The notes beneath the pieces are model-generated. The model was not told the DNA's origin. It worked only from the letters and a program-made list of their open reading frames with translations, and searched no databases. A stretch of 62,862 nucleotides of DNA, the filler included. It is 6 parts of 6 records of this genome, joined end to end, with 100 filler letters (N's around TTAATTAATTAA, not from the genome) between each part and the next. Parts side by side here need not be neighbours in the genome. Positions count along the whole stretch, not along the records: positions 39,702 to 48,253 come from SRR2962707_3542; positions 48,354 to 55,670 come from SRR2962707_3545; positions 55,771 to 62,862 come from SRR2962707_3547; 3 more parts are not named here. One strand, written 5' to 3'. Of this stretch, positions 46,001-55,792 are shown piece after piece (position 1 is the stretch's first letter; every line of letters begins with the position of its first letter). A program made the translations under genes and the position numbers.

Positions 46001-47735
46001 GGCGACAACCCAGGAGAGTGTAGTGCCGAAGCTTTGAAGGCCGCTCGGAAGTTTGTTTACAATCTTCTGTTGGATGACACGGAAGGGACGTTGTCAACCA
46101 AAAAACTGCGAATTATGACGGCCGAGGCCATGGCCAAAAATCCGGTGTGTAGGCACTTGAGTGATTTGCCTCTAGCTCGTATGCTCTCCAGCAAACATGT
46201 TGGGTCTGTCGGGTACATTTCATGAGCGAAATTTTGCAGCGTTGTTTCATGCTTTGCCTCGTTTGAACAACAGGCTGGCAAGCTGAACACTGCCGACTGG
46301 AAGGCCTGGTTCAAGACCACAGCGAACGAATGCTTGGACGAAATAGACGGTTTAGAAGACGGCGACGTTGGAGCTGAGAGCCCAGTTCCTCTATCAGTCC
46401 CAACCCCACAAAAGGCAGTTGCTGCACCAGACCATGATGATGAGGGGCCCGACCGCTCTGCGCCCGCCTACCTGAAGCGACTCACCGAATTCATTTTCAA
46501 AGTGGTCGAGGAAGACGAAGAAGGAATGATTACAATGAAAGACGTAAGCAATACTCTTGCGTGAGCGCTGATGGGAACTGCCTCTTCTGCTCCTGGGGAA
46601 AAAGGTTTCTGATATTTTCTTGCTGAATTTGGGAAACTCATGAATGCATTCATCCCAGGTTCGAGCTAAGGTTGCTGAAAACTTCAACAACAACGATTTC
46701 TCTTCAAAACCGTGGCGCAAGTGGATGAAGACAAGTGTGCAGGACGCCATCGATCGGCTGGAGGAGATGACAGATCCAGAGCCAATGGCAAGTCCACCAG
46801 CGTCGGCCGCGGCATCGCCAAAGAAGAAGAATGACGGAGCTGCACTGAAGCCTGCTCCCGGGGTCGACACTTGCTCTGATCAATTCATTGACGATGCAGA
46901 AGACATTGTGCAAGAGGCACTCGACGAGCACCGTGATTCAAAGAAAAAGGGCGTCGTACGTTTCGCAAGTCATGCATTGGTCACAAACAACAGTTTTGAG
47001 TCGTGTTTGTCTTGCGCAGCTGAGGTTCGGAATAAAGCTGACCAATACGTGGATGTGGCAGGTTGACGAAGCCGCTGTGCGCAAGCGAATGGCAAAAGCT
47101 CTGAAAGTGTCCTTTGAAGCAAAGGAATGGGTGCGATGGGTACGAGAGACCATTGAAGATTTTGCCCAGGACGACGAGGAAAGCGTGAGCGAGAGCAATC
47201 ATGGAGCTTCGAAGAAGAAAAATAATGGTGCGGAGAAAAAGACCGATAAAAAGCAAAAGGCTGATCCGTGGGAAGGTGCGTACTGACTTACTGAAGTGTG
47301 ACTCTTCAAGTTTGACAAACGAGGTGTGCTGTTGTCAGGTGTGCGACCTTGTTTTGAGGAAATGCTCGAAAACCCTCCCATTCCGTGCGTATTTTTTCAT
47401 TTGAATCTGTGTAGGCCACGGAAAAGCTGCACCGAAGAATCCTCGAAAGGCGTCCAAAGAGCTTTTGGACCGCATCAAGGTATAAATGACTTTGTTTGAA
47501 TTGGTGTGCCAAGCTCGGGTGTATTTCAAGCATTGCTCAGCTAAACGGTCGCCTTGGTTTTGCTGCGTAGGCTATCTTGAAGAAGGAAGTGGCCAAAGAC
47601 ATCGACGGTAAGATGGAGATAGACGACTTTCAGGATAAGGTGGAGGACGCAATGGGACAGGTGTACAAAGGAGACGAGTGGGGGGACTGGTTCGACGAAA
47701 TGGTCAACAAGTTTGATGCGGAGTTGCATCCATAG
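40021..47735 (+). CDS. Eukaryotic large multi-exon gene: long coiled coil followed by seven DEK-C-like helical repeats with WxxW
   Basis: E/Q/R/K/L-rich heptad exons at 40021-43600 joined by GT-AG introns. The exon at ~43525-43975 runs from the last coiled coil into repeat 1. The final exon starting at 47571 ends ...FDAELHP* at 47735. Start codon uncertain. Confidence 0.75.
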
Positions 47736-48253
47736 ATGCCGTTCTACCTAATTTCACTTTTCAACTCGCAAAACAATGCAACCTTCGAAAGTGGTTACTA
47801 TACTGCATGCGTCCCGGTCTAAAAGCGCGCTTAGTGATGAATCCATGCCAGGATGGAAAAAGTAACATCGTCGACGGCGAGAAGCTGGTTTTGCTGGCAG
47901 GGCACGTTGGTTTGATGCGAAGCGAATAGTGCAGTATGCACCCGACCCCGTCTTCACAGACGACTCGGGGCGATGGGGGTTCGCCGATCGACTACGGAGC
48001 GTGCGCTTGCAGTACTGAGTTGAGATGCGCCTGCAGCACCGTTGTAAGTGCGGCGCGCCCTGCTTTCATTCACATCCGCTGTAACGTGATGGCACACATT
48101 CGGCCCGCGGGTCCCCGACGTATTCACCGAGGGAAGAGAGGACGAGCACGATGGATCTTGGTGCTCGGTAGGTTCGCTGTCTGGACCAGGAAGAGTCTCG
48201 CTCCCGAGAGATTGTGAGCCACCATTCTTTTTGTCTTTCTGTCTTTAGATCGG

Positions 48254-48353
48254 NNNNNNNNNNNNNNNNNNNNNNNNNNNNNNNNNNNNNNNNNNNNTTA
48301 ATTAATTAANNNNNNNNNNNNNNNNNNNNNNNNNNNNNNNNNNNNNNNNNNNN
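48254..48353. other. Artificial contig linker
   Basis: N44-TTAATTAATTAA-N44. Confidence 0.97.
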
Positions 48354-48361
48354 TTTTTATT

Positions 48362-50941
48362 TCACCATTCCTCAGAGACCAATTCCTCTTTTCTTTGTAG
48401 GTATAATTCTTCAAACTCCTGATATTCATCCTTGTCCATCAGACTCTGAAGTTTCTCTACAGCCTGATCCGCATATTCAGTCAGGTTCCAATCCAAGGCG
48501 GTCATTGCATACCTGGAAAGTAGCTTTGTTGAGTAAGTATTTAATTCAATAGACTCCACCAATAGTTCATAACCCCCAGAGGCATCACGAGCCTTCAGTT
48601 CATCAACTACATTGATCACTAAATCTTCATTGAAAGCATTTTTACTTCCTAATTCCACAAGCTGGTCATTGGATAGAGAATCAGGAATTTGATCATTAAA
48701 ATATGGTTGGATTGGTGAGTATGATTCGATCTTCTCTAATAATTGGTTAGAGAACTGGGTCAGTCCAGGATCTCTTTTAACTATTTTCAGCAGCTCATTA
48801 GCCAGCTCATCCTTACGATCCAATACTGCCAATGGTTCCAGGCGACTAAGTCGAGAAGATTCATACCTTACCTCCAGGGCTCTATCAAAGAAATCCACTG
48901 ATTGCGCATAAGCACCTTGGTCCATTGCTAGTTTACCAAGTGCATCCAGGTATTCGCCTTTATAAAATTGATGTGCATTTGCTTGTAGTTCATCCAGGAT
49001 TTTAAATGCCGTGTTCACATATCCCTTTCGATACAAGTGCAATGCCCTGGCTTTCGCCAACCTATTGCTTGTGCTTGCATCTATTGACAGATCAATTTCT
49101 TTTATGAGGAATGCCTCAATGGAGTCATGGTCGAACAAGTAGCTGCTGTTGAGCAGATAGGCCTGACGGTGGAGCACAGCAGTGGAGTCCAGCTCATCAA
49201 AAAGAAATTCAAAGCCTTCCGGAGATGAAATGGTTGTGAGGATGTTGGCTCGCAAACCGAAATTACCTTTAGTGTACTCTTCATGAATAGCGCTTGAGTC
49301 AATGACTTCAATCTTTTTATACACATTCCACTTATTGATCAAAGGAGCCTGATTCCAATCATCCGAAGGAGTCAAACCTTCAAAATATGAAAGCGCTTTT
49401 TCAATGTCATTCTTTTCCAGATGGATTAATCCGAGATTGTTTTCCATCTCGGGACTATTCGTAGAGCGAAGAGTTTCCTCATAGGTAGCCTGCACTTTGT
49501 TCGGGTTAAATTCCGAATCCAGATTACCGTAATTCACCCAGGCGTAGGGTGATGGAAAGCGCTGAGCAGCTTTAAAGAAGCTGGTTTTGGCATTAAATTC
49601 TTTGCCGGAGTGCCAGCTATTCCAACCTTGCTGATAGTTGGAGTAGTGAGTATTATATCCCAGGAAGGCTGCCTGTTTGAGGTATTCATTCCCTAATAGC
49701 TTATTTCCTGTGTTTTTCTCTTTAATGCTTAGATAGTTGTAGTATCCCGACCGTAGCAGGTTGTATGGCTCTTGTGCAGCGAGAAAGTAGAAACCACAGA
49801 TACATGCTATTCCAGCCAATCGTGAGGTCAGGTAAGGGAAATTCCGTTCACGGTAGACGATCTTATGTACTTCGAAACCTTTGATAAGGGGATCAATGAA
49901 ATTGACCAACACATAGATGAAAAAGAAAACACCAAATCCGAGATGGAAATACAGAATGAAATAGTGAAAAGCCTGATAGATCGCATCCATTCCGCGGTAC
50001 ATGGATAGGCTCAGGAGACCCATGGTTACGATTCCAAACCCAAGAGCAACAATCTTCAAAAATCCGTCCGGCATATACTGATCCGTCAATTTATTCTTGA
50101 AGTTCAGGCTCCACAATGAAATAAGGCAGGTCACTACCAACAGTACATAAGGATCGAAAAAGAAAAAGGAATTCTCATAGCGACCAGATTTATTCAGGTA
50201 GTATAGTGTAAGATTCCCCAGGTAGATAAGTGAAAGAATGATGAAATGCAGGTGATTACTCTTATTGCCTTTGCCTGAGGTCACCACATGTAGCATGGTG
50301 TAAATGATTTCTTCCGAAATAATGGCGAGAAAAATGATTCCGCATAGGGCAAAGCTAAAAAGTGAATGAGCGAGAAAATGATCAGTAAACTCAAGCGGAT
50401 CGCCAATACCCAGTGAAAGTCCGAGGCTGACCAGAAGCAAAACGCTAACTCTAAAAAGGAATGAGGTTTGCTTTCGATATTCCTGGAAATAGATTAACGG
50501 CGTGATAAGAGCCAGAAATGGAATCAACAACACCATTTTGGAATGAATCCCAAACAAGCCTACCTCAAAAAGATTAAGGCGGTTGATCATCAAGGCTAAT
50601 GCTGCCATGGTCGCAAAGAACAAGTACCTGTTGAAGTAGCTAGAAGCAGTTAGGGCTATGCATAAGCCCAACCAAATAAGCACAAGAAATACAAGGTCGG
50701 ACACCAGGTTTCGCTTGATCTCACTCCCGGAATATCTTTCCTGCAGCAAGTATTTCTCACCCATGATTTGGTGTTGAAGTAAGCCATTGTCAACAGTAAT
50801 GGCTGGAAACGCTATGATTTCTGCAGAGGTGGTTACTTCCCAGTCGAGGGAATGATTATAGCCTGCGAAATAATTGGAAAGCATCAGTATCAGTGATACG
50901 ATGAATAGTCCAGTGATAATTTTACGAATACGAGAATCCAA
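48362..50941 (-). CDS. Bacteroidota polytopic membrane protein with a C-terminal TPR-like region
   Basis: About 12-13 hydrophobic segments in the N-terminal half; TPR-like helices (ENNLGLIHLEKNDIEKALSYFE, LGKLAMDQGAYAQSVDFFDRAL); likely TTG start at 50941, 1 nt after the gatC stop. Confidence 0.8.
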   Translation of the reverse strand: MDSRIRKIITGLFIVSLILMLSNYFAGYNHSLDWEVTTSAEIIAFPAITVDNGLLQHQIMGEKYLLQERYSGSEIKRNLVSDLVFLVLIWLGLCIALTASSYFNRYLFFATMAALALMINRLNLFEVGLFGIHSKMVLLIPFLALITPLIYFQEYRKQTSFLFRVSVLLLVSLGLSLGIGDPLEFTDHFLAHSLFSFALCGIIFLAIISEEIIYTMLHVVTSGKGNKSNHLHFIILSLIYLGNLTLYYLNKSGRYENSFFFFDPYVLLVVTCLISLWSLNFKNKLTDQYMPDGFLKIVALGFGIVTMGLLSLSMYRGMDAIYQAFHYFILYFHLGFGVFFFIYVLVNFIDPLIKGFEVHKIVYRERNFPYLTSRLAGIACICGFYFLAAQEPYNLLRSGYYNYLSIKEKNTGNKLLGNEYLKQAAFLGYNTHYSNYQQGWNSWHSGKEFNAKTSFFKAAQRFPSPYAWVNYGNLDSEFNPNKVQATYEETLRSTNSPEMENNLGLIHLEKNDIEKALSYFEGLTPSDDWNQAPLINKWNVYKKIEVIDSSAIHEEYTKGNFGLRANILTTISSPEGFEFLFDELDSTAVLHRQAYLLNSSYLFDHDSIEAFLIKEIDLSIDASTSNRLAKARALHLYRKGYVNTAFKILDELQANAHQFYKGEYLDALGKLAMDQGAYAQSVDFFDRALEVRYESSRLSRLEPLAVLDRKDELANELLKIVKRDPGLTQFSNQLLEKIESYSPIQPYFNDQIPDSLSNDQLVELGSKNAFNEDLVINVVDELKARDASGGYELLVESIELNTYSTKLLSRYAMTALDWNLTEYADQAVEKLQSLMDKDEYQEFEELYLQRKEELVSEEW

Positions 50942-50942
50942 T

Positions 50943-51230
50943 CTATTTGATGACTTTAGGGACGCGGAAATACTCTGAATCATGTTTGGGGGCATTCTTT
51001 AACCCCTGCTCGCGGGAAAGCTGACGATCAGCATGATCTTCTCTCAGGTGATTCATTTCTGAGGTCATATGGGTCAATGGCTCAACACCCTCTGTATCGA
51101 CTTCACGAAGTTTATCCACCCAATCGATCATTCTTTGCAAATCCTTTGTGATTTCCTCCTCGGCTTCAGGTTGAAATTTTAACCTGGCCAGGTGAGCTGT
51201 CTTTTGAACGATTTCCTTTGTGATTTTCAT
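50943..51230 (-). CDS. gatC: Asp/Glu-tRNA amidotransferase subunit C
   Basis: AHLARL, EVDTEGVEPL, LRED, NAP..YFRVPKVI. Confidence 0.95.
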   Translation of the reverse strand: MKITKEIVQKTAHLARLKFQPEAEEEITKDLQRMIDWVDKLREVDTEGVEPLTHMTSEMNHLREDHADRQLSREQGLKNAPKHDSEYFRVPKVIK

Positions 51231-51247
51231 ATAATACTTCAAAGATA

Positions 51248-51973
51248 TCAGGAATTAGCTTGATCAAGCTCCGACTGGATGACACGAAAAACAGCCTCTT
51301 TAAGTTGTTTGATGTCACCTTCAGACTCACCTGTTGGGAAAATTGGCTCATGATAGGTGATTCGACATGTTCCTCTGTGGATATCCATGAACGCGTCATC
51401 CTTGAGAATGCGATAGTTATTCTTGAATGTGACCGGGATGATTGGAAGATTATTTTCAGCAGCGAGTCGGAATGCTCCATCTTTAAAATCCACCATGTTA
51501 GGAAATTCTTTAGATCGGATTCCACCTTCTGGAAAAAAACCCATGTTGAACCCATGTTTGATTTCGGTTCGGGCTTTGATCAGGCTTTGGGCCCTGCTTT
51601 TGTAACTGGATCGATTGACAGTCACATGTATTTTATTGTACATCAACCCAAATAGTGGAATTCTGGCGATCTGACTTTTGCCAACAAATTTGAAAGGCAA
51701 TGGAAACAACCCAAGAGCAGGAATGTCCAGGTAGGAGAAATGATTTGCGCATATGATGTATTGTTGTTTAGTATCTGGTTTGAAACTCCAATCTATTTTC
51801 ACAGGAATGAAAGAAAGATGAAAAAACCCCCAGGCCCAGATGTAATTAATGCGTAGAGCGATTGGATGAAGTTTTCTGGAAACAGCACAAATCATCTGCG
51901 GTAGAATGCAAAGAAGGAAAAAGAGTGCGATCGAAAAGATCACCCACGCTGAATATATTCTTCTTAGGACCAT
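51248..51973 (-). CDS. 1-acyl-sn-glycerol-3-phosphate acyltransferase (PlsC family)
   Basis: NHFSYLD (HX4D), FFPEG, FKDGAF, PIIPV. Confidence 0.92.
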   Translation of the reverse strand: MVLRRIYSAWVIFSIALFFLLCILPQMICAVSRKLHPIALRINYIWAWGFFHLSFIPVKIDWSFKPDTKQQYIICANHFSYLDIPALGLFPLPFKFVGKSQIARIPLFGLMYNKIHVTVNRSSYKSRAQSLIKARTEIKHGFNMGFFPEGGIRSKEFPNMVDFKDGAFRLAAENNLPIIPVTFKNNYRILKDDAFMDIHRGTCRITYHEPIFPTGESEGDIKQLKEAVFRVIQSELDQANS

Positions 51974-52061
51974 TGGTGCCGGTTAGGTGTATAAATCCGC
52001 CTCTAAATTACCCTCAAAATCCAGTCGGCAGAAAAATTAGATGACTCATGTAATAAATTCC

Positions 52062-52069
52062 TAGTTTCG
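52062..52069 (+). promoter_or_regulatory. Candidate Bacteroidota sigmaA -7 element (TAGTTTCG)
   Basis: Variant of TAnnTTTG about 30 nt upstream of the ABC ATPase start; a similar TAATTTCG lies at 55643-55650. Confidence 0.4.
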
Positions 52070-52099
52070 TGCACTAATGATCACAAAAAGAGAATTACC

Positions 52100-53026
52100 G
52101 TGAGTCTACTAAAAGTTGAAAACATCAGTAAATCTTACAGCGAGCATCAAGCATTGAATGATGTTAGTATGGAGATCCCGCAAGGGTGCATCTTCGGCCT
52201 TCTTGGTCCGAATGGTGCAGGAAAAACAACCTTAATCAGAATTATCAACCAAATCATTGAAGCCGACCAGGGGAGCATCTATTTTGATGGGACTCCATTG
52301 AATAGCTCTCACATCCGTGAAATTGGGTATTTGCCGGAAGAAAGAGGCTTATATAAGAAAATGAAGGTGGGGGAGCAATTGATCTATTTGGGTCAGTTGA
52401 GAGGCCTTTCATTGAAAGAGGCGGCCAAGAGGGGCAAAGCCTGGTGTGAGAAGTTGGAGATCAGGGATTGGTGGGGAAAAAAGATAGAAGACCTTTCTAA
52501 AGGGATGGCACAAAAGATCCAATTCATCGCCACTGTGATGCACGAACCCAAGCTGATCATTCTTGATGAGCCCTTCTCAGGATTCGATCCTGTTAATGCG
52601 AATTTGATCAAGGATGAAATTTTAGAGTTGAGGGAACGAGGAGCGACAATCATTTTCTCAACGCACAGAATGGAATCTGTAGAGCAATTGTGTGATCATA
52701 TTGTTATGATCAATAAATCACAAAAAATCCTGGATGGATCGAAGCAAGATGTGAAAGAGCAGTACAGAGATGGATCATTTTATGTCGAGTATAAGGCAGG
52801 AGAGATTAAGACAGGCTCAGGATATGAAGTCCTTGAAACAGAAGATATCGGACGAGGATTGAAGAAATCTTTGATTCAATATACACCTGACGCCAATCCT
52901 AATGATTTGCTAAAGCAGCTGATCAGTCAGGCAGAGATCCACTCATTCGTAGAACGAATTCCAAATATGAATGACATTTTCATCAACCTGGTAAAAGGAG
53001 AGAATCCAGAATTAGTAGAAGCCTAA
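52100..53026 (+). CDS. ABC-2 exporter ATP-binding protein (NatA/YhaQ-like)
   Basis: GPNGAGKTT, GYLPEERGLY, LSKGMAQK, ILDEPFSG. Confidence 0.93.
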   Translation: MSLLKVENISKSYSEHQALNDVSMEIPQGCIFGLLGPNGAGKTTLIRIINQIIEADQGSIYFDGTPLNSSHIREIGYLPEERGLYKKMKVGEQLIYLGQLRGLSLKEAAKRGKAWCEKLEIRDWWGKKIEDLSKGMAQKIQFIATVMHEPKLIILDEPFSGFDPVNANLIKDEILELRERGATIIFSTHRMESVEQLCDHIVMINKSQKILDGSKQDVKEQYRDGSFYVEYKAGEIKTGSGYEVLETEDIGRGLKKSLIQYTPDANPNDLLKQLISQAEIHSFVERIPNMNDIFINLVKGENPELVEA

Positions 53027-53046
53027 TCACCTAAACAAGAAGAGAA

Positions 53047-54354
53047 ATGAACAAGATATTTTTAGTCATACAGCGCGAATTCATGAGCAGGGTGAAAAAG
53101 AAGTCATTCCTGTTGGCGACCATTCTGGTACCATTGATTTTTCCAGCTATTATTGGATTAATGGTTTATCTGAGAATCGAAAGTGAGAAGAATAAGGCGC
53201 AGGAGGTAGTTCAGGTGTTGGATGAAAGTGGATTGATTCAGTTTGAAGAATCGAAGGATTACATCTACAAGACGGTTGAAGGACCACTGGAATCCGCAAA
53301 AGAGCAATTCAATAACTCGGAAGATTTCGCCTTGATTTACATTCCTGAGATCACATTGGATGAACCAAATGGAATTAATTTTTATGCCAAGACAAGTCCT
53401 GGTATAACCTTGGTGAGAGGATTTGAGCGGAACATAGAAAGCCAGATTCGAGATTTAAAACTAACCCGGTCTGGCCTCACAGAAGATCAACTAGCCGAGC
53501 TGGATACGGACGTAGATATTGCTTCATTTAATATTACAGAGACAGGCGATGAGAAAAAGAGTGATGCTAATTCCACCTTTTGGCTGGGTTATGTTACAGG
53601 CTTTCTTATTTACATATTCCTGTTTGCATATGGAGCACAAGTGATGCAAGGAGTTATTGAAGAGAAAAGTAGCAAGATTGTAGAAGTAATTGTTTCTACG
53701 GTTAGACCACTTCACATGATGATTGGGAAAGTGGTTGGTGTTGCCTCCGTAGGTATATTTCAATTGTTGATTTGGGTTGTATTGGGATCCGTGATTTTTA
53801 CGGTTAGTCTTTCCATCATTGGAGCTAGCGCGGATCCAGCTCAAGCCGCGGAATTAATGCATGGTGAGGCAGGAGTTCAGGCGCAATCTGCAGAGTTTGA
53901 AAAAATCATGTCGATCGTGCGTGATATTCCAGTCACACAGATCGTGCTATTATTCCTTTTCTATTTCCTTGGAGGATACCTGTTATACGGCGCGTTGTTC
54001 GCAGCAGTGGGATCAGCAGTAGATACCCCGGCAGACGCACAGCAATTCATGATGCCGATCATGTTGCCAATTATAGTGAGTCTAATGGGACTATTTATGT
54101 TTGTCTTTGAGGATCCCAATGGTTCAGTGAGTTTCTGGCTTTCGGTCATTCCATTTACCTCTCCAATTGTTATGATGGGCAGGATTGGATTTGGGGTGCC
54201 AGCCTGGGAGATTGCCTTAAGTATGGCATTGTTAATTGGTGGCTTCATCTTTACACTTTGGCTGGCAGGCAGAATTTATCGAATTGGTATCCTGATGCAT
54301 GGCACTAAAGTGAATTACAAGGTACTTGCCAAGTGGCTAATGATGAAGAATTAA
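53047..54354 (+). CDS. ABC-2 exporter permease (NatB/YhaP-like)
   Basis: REF..RVKKKSF, GVIEEKSSKIVE, GKVVG, PFTSP..M..R. Confidence 0.9.
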   Translation: MNKIFLVIQREFMSRVKKKSFLLATILVPLIFPAIIGLMVYLRIESEKNKAQEVVQVLDESGLIQFEESKDYIYKTVEGPLESAKEQFNNSEDFALIYIPEITLDEPNGINFYAKTSPGITLVRGFERNIESQIRDLKLTRSGLTEDQLAELDTDVDIASFNITETGDEKKSDANSTFWLGYVTGFLIYIFLFAYGAQVMQGVIEEKSSKIVEVIVSTVRPLHMMIGKVVGVASVGIFQLLIWVVLGSVIFTVSLSIIGASADPAQAAELMHGEAGVQAQSAEFEKIMSIVRDIPVTQIVLLFLFYFLGGYLLYGALFAAVGSAVDTPADAQQFMMPIMLPIIVSLMGLFMFVFEDPNGSVSFWLSVIPFTSPIVMMGRIGFGVPAWEIALSMALLIGGFIFTLWLAGRIYRIGILMHGTKVNYKVLAKWLMMKN

Positions 54355-54398
54355 TAATATCGTTGAATCCTCGTTATTTTTAACGAAAGGATTCTGCG

Positions 54399-55607
54399 TT
54401 GAAAAAGAAATTTCAGGAAGTCACTGGAGCCACATTAACCCCACTACGACCACATTTAAAGTGGATCGTAGTGGGGTTTGCTATTGTTATCAGTTTCGGG
54501 TCCATTATCTACACCAATAACCTTGTAGAGCAGATTCGTGAGCGAGAAAGTCGTCAGATGGAGATCTATGCAAGTTCACTAGAGTTCCTTGCCACTGCAA
54601 GCGACAACTTCCTGATGGTTTTGGATGAAATTGTTTCAGGGAACCATACAATCCCGGTAATTCTTACCGATGAAAATCAGGAGCCGGAGCTTCACAAGAA
54701 TCTTGATCGGGCTGATCGATTAGACGGAGAAGCAAAGCAAGAGTATTTGCGTAAGGAGATGATTCGAATGCAGGAACAGCATGATCCAATCGAGGTGAAC
54801 CTTGTGGACGATGAAGGCAATGAATACGGTGTTAAATACATTTATTACAAGAATTCTTATTTGCTGAGTCAACTCAGGTATTATCCATACGTGCAGCTTT
54901 CGGTAATTGCTTTATTTGGAATCATTACTTTTTTGGTGTTGAACTCCCTCAGAAGGGCGGAGCAAAATAGAGTCTGGGTAGGACTTGCCAAAGAAACAGC
55001 ACATCAGCTTGGCACACCACTTTCTTCACTAATGGCTTGGTCTGAGTATTTCAAAGATCTATATCCAGATCAGAAAAGCACACTGGTTGAATTTGATAAG
55101 GATGTCGATCGATTGAAGATCATCACGGATCGGTTTTCGAGTATTGGAAGCGAACCTCAGCTTTCCAGACTAAATATCACCGAGACAGTTGAAGAAATTA
55201 TCAGCTACTTACAAAAGCGGTTATCCTCTAAGATCGAAATGACTGTTGTTTCTTTTCCTAACCGTGATATCGAGGCAAGAATCAATCAATCACTTTTTGC
55301 CTGGGTGATTGAAAACCTTGTGAAAAATGCTGCTGATGCGATGGAGGGGAAAGGAGCAATTCATCTAAGTGTGTTAAGGGCCAATGAAGGACGGATAGCC
55401 ATTGATGTGACTGACACAGGTAAAGGGATTCCCAAAAACAAGATCAAAAATGTGTTTCGTCCGGGCTATACCACGAAGAAGCGGGGCTGGGGATTAGGCC
55501 TAACGCTTGCACAACGCATCATTGAGCAATATCATCAAGGTAAAATCTTCGTAAAACAGTCAGAAATTAACAAGGGGACGACTTTCCGGATTTACCTCAA
55601 CGGATGA
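54399..55607 (+). CDS. Membrane sensor histidine kinase (no response regulator within this contig)
   Basis: Two TM helices, KETAHQLGTPLSSL (H-box), ENLVKNA (N), DTGKG (G1), GWGLGL (G2). Confidence 0.93.
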   Translation: MKKKFQEVTGATLTPLRPHLKWIVVGFAIVISFGSIIYTNNLVEQIRERESRQMEIYASSLEFLATASDNFLMVLDEIVSGNHTIPVILTDENQEPELHKNLDRADRLDGEAKQEYLRKEMIRMQEQHDPIEVNLVDDEGNEYGVKYIYYKNSYLLSQLRYYPYVQLSVIALFGIITFLVLNSLRRAEQNRVWVGLAKETAHQLGTPLSSLMAWSEYFKDLYPDQKSTLVEFDKDVDRLKIITDRFSSIGSEPQLSRLNITETVEEIISYLQKRLSSKIEMTVVSFPNRDIEARINQSLFAWVIENLVKNAADAMEGKGAIHLSVLRANEGRIAIDVTDTGKGIPKNKIKNVFRPGYTTKKRGWGLGLTLAQRIIEQYHQGKIFVKQSEINKGTTFRIYLNG

Positions 55608-55670
55608 TGGTAAAATACCTTTTTCCTTACGGTTTTTTGGCTTAATTTCGCACCAAATTTCAAACAACCC

Positions 55671-55770
55671 NNNNNNNNNNNNNNNNNNNNNNNNNNNNNN
55701 NNNNNNNNNNNNNNTTAATTAATTAANNNNNNNNNNNNNNNNNNNNNNNNNNNNNNNNNNNNNNNNNNNN
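55671..55770. other. Artificial contig linker
   Basis: N44-TTAATTAATTAA-N44. Confidence 0.97.
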
Positions 55771-55792
55771 TAATAATGGATAAGAGAGAAAT

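Noticed and set aside
47754-48253. Short ORFs after the repeat gene
   Set aside because: No coding signature, motif or consistent splice model; probably UTR or intergenic.
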